Of a stretch of DNA of 64,000 bases, positions 40,945 to 52,323 are shown piece by piece. A program made the translations under genes and the position numbers. The notes beneath the pieces are model-generated. The model did not search any database. It was not told the origin of the DNA and was given only the letters and a program-made list of their open reading frames with translations. Source of the stretch: Cycas panzhihuaensis (Eukaryota; Plantae; Cycadophyta); assembly GCA_023213395.1 (NCBI GenBank), contig CM041465.1, positions 154,449,741 to 154,513,740 of the forward strand, given 5' to 3'. Every line of letters begins with the position of its first letter. Position 1 is the first letter of the stretch.

Positions 40945-43900
40945 TTCATTTCTTTAGATGTCGAGGTTGTGTTGACACCATTCAAACTTTGGTTTACTAA
41001 GTGCTTTGATGAAGATGTCCATAACTTAGTCCTCAGTTGATTGGTAGATAAGATCAACTTCTTTATTATGGACATGCTCATGGATAAAGTGATGATGGAC
41101 CTTAATGTGCTTGGTTTTAGTATGGAATATAGGATTCTTCATCATCTTCAACACACTTTGATTATCACAATAAAGGGTGGCGGGTGTATATTATTAAAGT
41201 CCAAGCTTTGTATGGGTTTTTCTAAGCCAAATCAACTCAGTTAGAGCATGGTCAACTATTTTATATTCTACTTTGATGGAGGAAAAGGCAACATTTAACT
41301 ACTTCTTACAACTCCATGAGCTTATGACTAAGTTTATATTAAAGCAATATCTTAATGTTGAATGGTAAGTGTCCTAACAACCTGCCTAAGTAACATCTGT
41401 ATGTCCTTTTAGGATAGGAGAGTCAGTTTGGTTATAGTCAAGGCCAAACTAATATGTTCCACAGATATATTTGAGAATCCTAGTGGAATCTTTCTAATGA
41501 GATACTTTTGGTTGTGATATATACCTAAACTAGATCCCTATTATATATGAGATGTCTAAATAAGTGTAGGTGAGATAGATGAGGCTCCCAACTAATTGCT
41601 AGTACAAAGTGTGATCAAAAGACTTTCCTTATTCATCCAAGTTTGGATTGGTTCTTGTCTCCATAGGAATTGGCACCAGCTTATATTCTATCATCCTAAA
41701 TCTTTCCAACAACTCATTGGTGTACTTTATTTGAGTTAGGAAGATGTGTCCTAGTTCTTGCCAAACTTTAATTCCAAGGAAGTAGTGGAGCAACCCAGGA
41801 TTTATCATCTCAAAGTTGCTTTTCAATTCTAATTAAAGCCAAGTAATACCATTTATCTTATTGCCAATGATTACGAGATCATCCACATAGAAAACTATGA
41901 TTGTGATCAAATTATCTCTAACCCAAATATAGAGGTCTAGGTGAGGGGGTTAATGATTAAATTCATGTTGTGTAAGAATGGCATCAGTTTTTATGTTCCA
42001 AGTATATGATACCTACTTGAGTCCATATAGGGCTTCCTTAAGTTTATAAATTAAGTATTCTTAGCCTAGAACAATATAACTGGGGGCTTGTTTTAAGAAA
42101 ACCTCTTCTTTAAGCTCTACATTGAGGAAAGCACTTTTTACATCCATTTGGTAAACAACCCAATTAAATTAGGCTACTAAAGACATAACTAAACAAAATG
42201 TGGTCATATTGATTACCAGTGAAAAGGGATCATCAGAGTCAATCCCCTCCTATTATTTGAAACCACTTACTACAAGGCAAGCTTTGTGATGCTCTACGAT
42301 GTCATTTACATGGAATTCTATCTTAACTAGCCATCTATAATTAATTACTTTCTTCCTAGATGGTAATTTAGTTAGTTATCAAGTGTCATTTTTTAAGATG
42401 GAGTTCATTTCTTCATCCATAGATACTTTCCACATTTGGTCTTTGACTATCTTCTCAAACATGGAAGGCTTAGGTGTTTCAAGGACATGGACTATTAAGC
42501 CAAAATTTGTGGAGTGTCATTTTAAAAGGCCTTTTTGTAACTGTAGGAGGAGAGAGATCATCCTTTAGTAACTATTGAACCTACTTAAGAGGTGGCTAAA
42601 TGCTAATGGCTTCTACCTAAATGTCATCAACTGAAATTAGTGGGAAGGTTGTGTTTGCTTAAGTTGTTGAAGTAGATATTGCTGAAATCAATGAAGGACC
42701 CAAAGTGTAGGATGAGATTGGTACTAGTGGCACCAAAATTTGTTTAAGAGTCACTTGAGATACATCAACTTCATCTACAACTACAAAATAAGGTTGGGGT
42801 AGAGTCAAGTCCTATGTATCTTCTATAAATATTATATCTTGTGTTGTGTAAGCTTGGTTCCCAACTGTATCAAATACTTTGTAGGATTTGCAACCAAGTA
42901 CATAGCTAAGGATGATATATTTTAGGATCTTAGGCTCTTATTATCAAGCTTCTTTCTATTGTCTTTTGGAATAGGTTTATATGTTGTGCATCTAAAAATC
43001 TTCAAGTATGCTACCATTGGTTTTTGGCCTGACTAAGACTCTTTAGGAGTAATATTCCTAACCACAACTTTGGGACTTATGTTGGTTAGATATACAATAG
43101 TGGCTATGGCATCAACCAAAAATCTAGTGGAGAGATTTGTAGCACTAAGCATGGCTTTCCCTTTGTTCATCAATGTCTGATTTATCCTTTTGGCCACACC
43201 ATTTTGTTGTGGTATGCGAGGTGCTGAGAATTTGTATTAGATACCAAGTTCTTTATAAAAGTTATTGAATTGATTTGAGATATAGTCACTACCATTATCT
43301 GATTTAAAGGTCTTGGTTGTCATACCACTTTCATTTTTAACAGTAAGATTGAACTCTTTGAATTTATCTAGGGCTTGATACTTGTTTCTCAAGAAGTAGA
43401 CCCACACTTTTCTTGAGAAATCATCTATGAAGGTTCTAGAATATAGGCTCCCATTGAGTGATTGGGTTGATATAGACCTACAAATATCTAAGTGGACCAA
43501 ATATAATGGTTGTGAGGCTCTCCACATATTTTTAGAAGATGATTTTCCTCTTTGTCGATTTCTCTTTAAGCAAGCCTCATATATATTGTTGTATCTCTTA
43601 ATTTTTAGTAAATCATATACTATTTGGAGCTTAAGAATAAGGTTAAAGCTTTATATTTTTAAATAACCATGGTGTTGATGCCATAAATAGTCCTTGGTAC
43701 TATTTGAGGTGATAATATCCTTTGAATATGAGTATTCACCTAGTTCATGGATACAAGGAGACTCTTCAATAATTACATCTTTTTCTTTATCAAGTTGAGT
43801 TGTATTGACCATTAAGTAGGATTCATTTTGTAGAGTAGTAGTAAGAGGGATATCATCCAACTTGTATAAGCCACCGTTTTCATGTCCTATGGCTATAAGT

Positions 43901-45637
43901 TTACCTATTGCATGATCTGTAATTCAATAAATACCCTAGCCAAAGAGAATATCTAAATTCTGTTTATTTATTTGGCTAGTGGAGAGCAGGTTTATCTTCA
44001 TTCTTGGTATAAGGAACACATTATTAATGTGGTACCTAATGTTAAAGTCATTTAATGCTATCAACACCCTACTAATTTTGGTCACATCATAAGTAAAATT
44101 ATCAAAAAATATGATAGTTTATGTACTGATAGTATGGGTCTCTTCCAACATCTTTTCTAAACTTGTCATCTACCTCATTGCACTGGAGTCAAGGAGCCAA
44201 GAATTCTTATCAAATTGTAAAGAAAGGTCTAAAGAAAATAAGTTATAGGGGGGGGTATCATGATTATCTCCTATATTGCCTTCTTGTTATTTAATATTTT
44301 ATCAGTCCCTTTAATTTCTCTTAGGGAACTATTGCCTATTCTATGGTCTTTGGTATTGAGCGGGTTTAGGATTCTAATTCTATTGGTAGAATTGGCCTTG
44401 TGGTTGAAATGATAACCCTTCTTATGGATAACAAGGGCCTCTTTAATGTTGAGTAGGGCCATCTTATTAGAAATAAGGGCCTCCTTATTGTGGATAAGGG
44501 GCTCCTTATGGAGGGCATAGTCCTCCTTATTGATAGCCTTATCTCTACTGAGAGTAGCTTAGACCTCCCTATTGATATGTGTGTGCTCCCTATTAGTAAA
44601 TTAGGGCTAGTTATTAATAATAAGGGCTAGCTCATTAGAAGCTAGGACCATATGATTAGCTCCTATAATTTTGCAAGAGTTACAAATCAACTTATCATCT
44701 CTTATATTCAATAGCTAGGTGTCTAATTTTACCATAGTAGAGGTAAGTGATATTTGGTCTACTCTGCTAGTTCTTTTAAGGTTGATTCTATGGTTATTAC
44801 TAAGACTATTAAGACTACTGATATGGATTGATGGAGGATGTGCTGACTAGTTATTATTGTTATTTAGTTAGTTATTGATATGACTCTTTAGATATAATCA
44901 GAGAGACCAAGTGTTAAGCTAGATCTTGATGCTAACTAAGCTATTAAGATGCTCTACTAATAGTCTTACCCTTTTCTAAATTATAAGTTGCAAAGGTAGG
45001 GGTTGAGTTAGATGTGGATATCACCCCAAGTTGATTGAGTATATTCGTTTCTTATAATAAGAGTATCTCAAAGGTCATGAAGTCTATTTTGGAATAATTA
45101 TTATGTAGTTTAGAGATAAAGGAGTTATATTCTATGGATAAGATGTTTATAATGCTAGAGATTAAATTATAATCTAAAGGTGGCTCACCGAGGATTATAA
45201 GTTGGTTCTTAATGGTTTTAACTTTAGTTAAGTGGTTTTTAATATCACCTGTAAACGACACTACTAATACACATATTTTAAAGGTTAGGGATATAGATTT
45301 ATCCTCTCTTATAGAGGGCACAAAGTATGGTCCATGCCTCATGAGATGTTTACGCTGTTTTAATATTTTGGTCCACTTTATCTTTAACAACCAAGTGGAT
45401 AAAGGATAAGGTAACATTATCTTGAGATTTAAAGTTAGTTAAGGCTATAAGTTTTAGAGGAATTATGATCGTAGGATCATTGGGAACTTTTATTAGCATA
45501 GTTAGGGGTATGTCTCCATTTATATATGCCTAAAAGTTATTTATTATAAGTAGATTTTTAACTTGTTTTTTACATGGTATGAAGTTGTTAGTGCCAATTA
45601 GTTTAATTGTGTTAGACAATAGCACTTGTAATGGCAT
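40945..45637 (-). pseudogene. Copia H gag-pol
   Basis: MPLQVLLSNTIKLIGTNNF (gag); WLLDSSA (PR); FIDDFSRKVWVYFLR...KSDNGSDY (INT); FEMINPGLLHYFLGIKV (RT); RTKHIKVHHHFI (RH). Confidence 0.92.
44281..44950 (-). repeat. Q/G/P/Y-rich low-complexity region with ~21-bp periodicity flanking the Gag zinc knuckle of H
   Basis: In frame with gag and PR. Reading stops as Gln gives YQQGG..SYSQQRQGYQQGG..PPQGAPYPQQGGPYFQQDGP. Confidence 0.85.
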
Positions 45638-45735
45638 TTTTTCTAAGTTTTTTATTTTGTTTTATATTTTTAAGGTTTTTGGCTTATGAACTAATCTACC
45701 TAAAGGGCTACTAAAATAGAGTTCTAAGTCTCAAG

Positions 45736-45993
45736 GGTCTCTAGGAAAGTTCTTGGTTACTATCTTATTTAGTGGTGTCTACTCACAAGTAGAAAGCTAA
45801 GGACTTGATATACTAGTACATGTGCTTAAAAGCTCAATATACCTTAGTATGTCAGCTATTGAGAAGGTATAAGATCCCTTTGATTTATTTCTCCACCTAC
45901 GTTAGACTTATGTCTAACAATAGATCTAGCAGTGAGAACTTATCAAATCAAGGCACTCACCCCCTTTGTGTCTAGCTTGTTCTCTAAACTCTA
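45736..45993 (-). promoter_or_regulatory. Conserved non-coding leader element upstream of gag (copy in Copia H)
   Basis: Homologous to 18733-18991 and at a similar ~100-bp distance from the gag ATG. Confidence 0.7.
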
Positions 45994-46364
45994 ATAGAAA
46001 ATATATACACCTGTGTGTTGTGTACTTATTCATATATAACTCATTCACTAAATGAATAAGGCGAGCATAAGGAACACCCATCATGATGCAAAACATAATA
46101 TCATTAAGATAACGAACTGTGTCTAGTCCTCTCATAACTAGACATAGACCTAGTGGTAAATAGAAAGCCAACTAGTTAATTAGGCTTATAACAATAAGAC
46201 TTTAGCAAAATGATATTCAAACCCCTCTCATCCCATGCACACATCTATATTATTCTATCCTTATTTATTTATAGCATTTCAATAGTTTCAACCATTGTTG
46301 GTTAGAATAAAAATAACTAATAATAGTTAGCTATATTACATCAATTAATGTTCAAAAATACATC

Positions 46365-47028
46365 TAGATTACTCTTGGATTATAGTCTTTAATTACGATC
46401 TACTTATGATTATATTCAAATTGTGATCAACTTGTAATCTTGACTGTAATTAGCTTGTACTTGTGGCCCCAATTATGATTAGCTTATATTTGTAGCTTTG
46501 ATTATAATAAGCTCATACTTGCAGCCCGACTGTGATATGCTCATAACCATGACCTGAATTATGATCTATTCGTAACCATGACTTGAACCATGATCTACTT
46601 GCAGCCATGACTTGAATTGAGATCATCTTGCAACCATGACCTAAACTATGACCTACTCACAACTATGAACTAAATTATGATTTGCTCGTAACCATAAATC
46701 GGACTACAATCTACTCACAACCACAAACTAAACTGTAATCTTCTCACAACCGTGAACCAAATTATGATTTTCTTAAAACCACAAACCAAACTATGATCTA
46801 ACTGTAACCATGATATAAACTGTAATCTACTTGTACTTGTGACCTAAGTTGCGATCTACTCACGATCAACTATAATTAGCTTGTAATCATGACCTTGACT
46901 ATAATCTACCCATACTCATGAGTCAAGTCATGATCTACTCATAATCATAATCTAGTTGTTATTTGCTCATAGTTACTTCCCTTGACTATAATCTACTCAT
47001 AGCCTGACTATGATCTACTCATAGCCTA
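46365..47028. repeat. 29-bp tandem repeat array (about 20 degenerate units) in the H leader
   Basis: Eleven exactly phased 29-mers at 46531-46849 (e.g. TATGATCTATTCGTAACCATGACTTGAAC), with looser units on both sides. Confidence 0.9.
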
Positions 47029-47089
47029 ACCTCATTTATTTATAAACTTACAAAATGTTTTAATTCTTTTCCAAAATTATATATGTAGT

Positions 47090-48913
47090 TTTGCCCATAT
47101 GCATCTCCCCTATCATAAAACCAAGAAGTGCCCTTACTTGTTTTGAAGGAAAAAGAAAAATTTCCTTCTTTTACCTATTACTTCACCCTATAAAAATAAT
47201 AAACAACATTTGTTTATATATCATTCAACTCTTTGCGCAATCTATTCATTGCTTTCCAAATATAATTTGTATCTAACCTTATAATAATTGGTAGAATTTA
47301 AATACCCTATAATTGATAATAATCCATAAGAATTGTAAGATCTCTCAACACATCTAATTATATCATTATTGGTTTTTCTCACCTATATAACTTTTGAATC
47401 TCTTCTATTGCTTCATTGTGTATATGTTCTATCCTTGACAATTTCTACCACAAATAATATTTCTTAGTCCAAAAATTTGTTACATATTTCACATCTTCCT
47501 CTGTTTCTAGTATCCATGCTTCCAGCTTGTAGACTACCTCATATAATCCTAGGGGAATGTCCTTGTGAAAGTGATCTTTAAGAAATTAAACTTTAAAGGC
47601 AATCTCATTGGTATTTTATACCTAAGTCAAAATAAATTTCTTTAAAAACTCCAAGAAGGCTTCTGAGGTTGCCAATCATTTTTCAAGTTTCTGAATCCTT
47701 TACATGTCTGGTAGAAGAATTCTAATCCTATATTCCATCTCTATCACAAGCTACCTTATTAGTCTCACTAGGAAGAAAGTCTTCTACTATGATATATTCT
47801 GCAGGTCATAGTTCATTGAGTCTAGCCCTTCTTCCAAATAATCCTTTGACTGATTGAGTTCTACCTCTAATACCTAATTATTTAATAGTTCTAAAATTTC
47901 TTACAATCTTCTCTCTGTTGCTAATTTTCTCCTCTATTTCTCCTCTTCCTCGTGTTTCAATGGCTCAGTTGTTCTTATCTTTTTCCCCAATTATTTTGCT
48001 CCCTCTTTAACTATAGCAAGTTCCTCTTCCACCTTCCATGTCCCCTCTCTTATTTCTACTTTTTTATCACGAGGTTGCTTCTACTTATGGTTTCTCTTCT
48101 AACTCTTCCTCAATTACTAGGCAGGATCAAGGAGTGCTCACCTTCTCTTATAGGTGGAGCTAGTTGTTGACCTATTCATGTAATCTAGTCAATGGTGAAG
48201 AACCTTATCGATGCTCTCTTGAACATAACTCTATCAATTTTTCTAATAAAGGTTTCCCTTCCTTAACTTTTAGAAGTTGAATTCCTAGGCATTATGAGAA
48301 CAATAAGATGAACTAGGTAACACCTTTTATAACTTCTAAAATTTTTAGGAATTTATTAGAGACAAACTTGGCCTAATTGAACTTTTATCCTTCCATAATC
48401 TTAATTAACATAGTACATAAATGAGTAGGTATAAATGAATTCTTTTATCCTAAGAATACCCTTATGAATAGGAAATGAGCTACCTACTACATTTCCTTGC
48501 GTGAAATCCCTAAAACTCAAATTTCCAAACTAGAAGCATTAGATTCCTTTGCCCTAATTTCTTGTGCCACTTGTTTCCTATATATCTTCTTATTCTTGGG
48601 AATGTCTAGTCCCTCATTGGGTAATCTTATTACCCTTGTAATCGCTTTCACTAAAAAAACTAATATGGACAGTCATTATGCCACTGTTACAATTGTAGTT
48701 GAAAGGAAACTATATATATTCAAAATAATATTGACTAATATGTATTGGTTCAATCCCATGGCTATCATCGTCTTTCTACATTCTTCCTCTAGCCTCATTT
48801 CTTGCCATTGCTTCCTTATCTAATCATCATATGATTCTGGAAATGTGACTATCATTCTTTACAATTCCATTGTTGTCATTTCTACACTTCTTCCTTCTAC
48901 CTTACTTACTCAT
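47090..48913 (-). pseudogene. Additional ORF downstream of pol (Athila env-like / putative plant transposon protein type) with a charged coiled-coil C-terminus
   Basis: ...AITRVIRLPNEGLDIP...IKIMEG*KFN*AKFVSNKF resembles the LPNEG and GxKFNWAxF motifs of such extra ORFs. An E/K/R-rich tail follows. Confidence 0.6.
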
Positions 48914-49449
48914 GAATGTTTAGATAGTTTGTTGCTTTGTGCACTTTGATTTGTTGAAATATACAAAGAGATCATCCAATATTCAAGAACCATAGAGAAA
49001 ATAACATGAACATCATATGATAGCATTAACTCAATACGAAAGGACGTGCATCACAATGTATCCACATCAACAATAATATTATAATGGAATCCATCTAGAC
49101 TCAATATATTCTCTACTCTACCTCAACCACTTATTTATATATCACATGTGCGAGAGAGTAGTATGACTTGTGTTATATGTGGAATAAATGACCTCTAATA
49201 CAACCAACCACATAACACTTATTTATTGACCAATAGCCTAATGAGCACTTAGTTGTGCATGTGTGCATTACCCTTAAATACATTAGGACACATACACATT
49301 AAACATTATCCTCCAACACCTCCCTATAATGTTTAATGTCATGACTATAAAAGGACTAAATACCAAAGACTAATATGACACTTGACAATGGACTTAGGAC
49401 ATTAAACATGACTTCTATTGGACTTCTAATTTGATCAACATGTACTTTA

Positions 49450-50600
49450 CCTTCTTTGAATTTGTAATATCTTGATCTCGGAATAGTCTTAAACATAATA
49501 TCTTTGCCTTAATCTGTCTTCATTCCTACAATGTCGTCTTTGAGGTAGTCCTTTAGAGTGATAGTTCTTAAACTTCATCTTCATATGCAATAGGAAATCC
49601 TTTTTCATGTAAACCATATAGTAGATCATGGCCAAATCAGCTTAAGCCTGATGTAGACATGTTAGGTGATTCTGTATGTACTCATCAAAAGCATCTTCAA
49701 AGTTTACATCAAGTATGTCTTTAACCATATGTTTGCTTTTATTTTCTTCAACATATTATTGATCAATAATTATTAAACAAATGCTAACATTTGAAAATAG
49801 GTCAACAAGAGAAGAGTCAACATCATCAACATCCAAATATAAAGACAAGTCATCAAATAGTAAATCAACACCACTTGAAATATGAACATCAACATCTTGT
49901 AAGTTATCATCATCCTATATGTGTTCCTTCTCAACAATTTCTTCAACTTTAAGTGGAAAGTCTTCATCATCTTAAGAGCAATTAGGATTAAAACCAGTAA
50001 CTAAATTGGAAATGGAAATAGAATTCACTTCATCAACTTCATCCTCCCTTGAAGCAATGAATTCATCTAGAGGAATTTCAATTGCTTCATCATAATTACA
50101 TGTAGTAGGTTAAACATCCTCTTCAGGTTCAAGAATATATTCAATAGTAGTTTCATCAGTAATATCATTATTTTCTTAACATACCTTTTCATTTGTATCA
50201 CTGGTACAATCTTCATCATCTTCCTTATCTATATTGAAGTCATCAACAACTATGGTTGCCCTTTCAAGATACTCTTGCACCTATTAAGGACTCTTTTCAT
50301 ACACATTCTTTAGAAGATTCCATGCCTCATTAGTAGTGCTAACATTATGAATTGCATGAACAATAAATTGATGTGAAGAGGGAAGGTTCTTTTTGTCAAA
50401 TGCTATAAGAATCGCATCAATGGATACCGGATTCTTTTTCTTAAAACTTTCTTCTCCTTCTTTGTTAATCTCTGAAGTGCCATCCCAAACAATTTCCCAT
50501 AACCTTTTCACCATAAATATACACTTTATTTTAATTTTTCAAATACAAAAATTAGTTCTAATATACTTGGGTAAGGCTTGGGAATATTTATTAACCAAAA
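49450..50600 (-). pseudogene. Truncated Copia-type Gag N-terminus fused in frame to a long D/E-rich tail
   Basis: LPKYIRTNFCI*KIKIKCIFMVKRLWEIVWDG...TTNEAWNLLKNVYE, then DDEDCTSDTNEK...EPEEDV...DDEDFPLKVEE...LFDDLSLYLDVDDVD in the same frame. Confidence 0.8.
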
Positions 50601-51704
50601 TTCATTCTTTTCTGGTACAAAAATAATAATGTCCTCTAGCTCCATCATGAAAGATTAACTTGACTACAATCACATCATTTAGTATTCATGCATCAACTTT
50701 GAATAATACTAACTCTATCAAAACAACAAGATATTCTCCCAAATCATATACCAAAGTGTCCCCCTCTGAGATACAATTTCAACACCTCTAATAGATTGGA
50801 AAATAATTGTCTGGATAGAGAGATATTACAAAATTTATACTAAGACCTTCTTAAATAATGAAACTGAATAAGGGAAATCTTAAACCCCTTAAGAATAAGT
50901 TGCAGTTCATATTAAAATTCCATGAGACCAAAAGACTTAGTCATTAGGGGGCTAAGCTCCAAACCATATTTCAATATAACTTCACAAAAATATAAAATTT
51001 TCCCTAATAATCTTCACATTTACTTCTACAGGCTTGAAATAACTTACCAATCTAACTTAATTTAATGTAATTAAAGTTAATCTAAATGGTCAAGGAGGGG
51101 CATATCATCAAACCCTAATTTATCTTTGTATGTGCTAGTAGCAAATTCTCCATGGCCGTGGCTATGACTAATGGAAGCTCTACTTCGCACAGATTCCCTA
51201 AGTTACACCTTTACTTAATAGACAATAGCTCACACAACAGAGTGATCATTTCATGCATGTTCTATTATCTGTCAACATGTTGGCCCAAAGAAATTCTGGT
51301 GAGAAGACTGCAATGTTAGTAGTGATTGACTTGAGCAATGCTAGTTCTCACGGGAGTCCCTATCCATCCAAGTAGATGTTGCTATCATTTTTTACCTCAT
51401 CTTAGATCAGTTGAAGCTAGGCATGACGTAGCTCTTCCTCCCTCTCTATAGATCATTATATGGTAGCCATCTCTCCTTGTGATCAAACTCCTATTCACAG
51501 AAAGATCTCTTCATCATCTACTATAGCCTTAACACAATTCATTTAATGGGCACTTGTTATTTCCATCTACGTAGCTTCCTTCCCACACAAAAGAGGCTCC
51601 TTATATGGCTCCTTCGTCTATGGTGTGATCTCCCATGTTATGTAGTGTTCTCCATATAGACACCTACAGAGGGTTTTCATATATAGAAACTTGTACATCA
51701 GGAC

Positions 51705-52323
51705 AACAGACAATATATTTAGGATCATGTTAAAGAGCTGTGAGAAATTGTACCAAATGGAGCCAAGTGTAATATCGATGCTTTACAAGAACGCACCATC
51801 AAGCACATGCTTTTCTTGCACATTATTAACAAGCATAATGATAAACTAAAATAGAGCAGAGAGACAAAGGTTCTTGATAAGGATGGCTATTTGATTACAA
51901 GAGATAGTGTGGAAGGCGGTGCTAGCTGGGTATTAGAACTAGGTGATCAAACCATGGGATGTCCCATTGTAGTGGAAAATTTGACAAATGCTTGTAGAGA
52001 TGTTATGTAAGGAATGTGGACTTTTTCTTGCAATAGCAAACATCATTCGAGGCTTGGGGCTTACAATATTGAAGGGAGTCATGGAAGCTTGGAAGGACAA
52101 GATCTGGGCACACTTTATAGTGGAGGAAAACGTGGATGTACATAGGGTGGAAATTTTGTAGTTGCTCATGTGGTTGTTACAGTAAAATAACAAGAACAGT
52201 TCGAGTCCAACCAGTTAGCCTAGCTTAGTTACACCTCGGGGCATGGACAATGGCTCTCAAACTTTCAGTGCCTTCTAGTGACCTCTAATGCCTACCTTTG
52301 GCATGAAAGAAAGATTACAGTAA
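51705..52323 (+). pseudogene. LHW-like: Processed (intron-less) 3' fragment of a LONESOME HIGHWAY-family bHLH transcription factor gene
   Basis: NRQYI*DHVKEL*EIVPNGAKCNIDALQERTIKHMLFL...GGASWVLELGDQTMGCPIVVENL / QMLVEMLCKECGLFLAIANIIRGLGLTILKGVMEAWKDKIWAHFIVE...PLMPTFGMKERLQ*. One frameshift at ~51985 and several stops. Confidence 0.93.

Larger units (their letters stand above)
40535..47050 (-). mobile_element. Element H: Ty1/Copia retrotransposon lacking its 5' LTR and PBS
   Basis: 3' LTR 40535-40926 (TACTAAAAC...GTTTTAACA), PPT revcomp CTCTCCCTTAAT, full gag-pol order, and a leader with a 29-bp array. No second LTR found. Confidence 0.9.
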
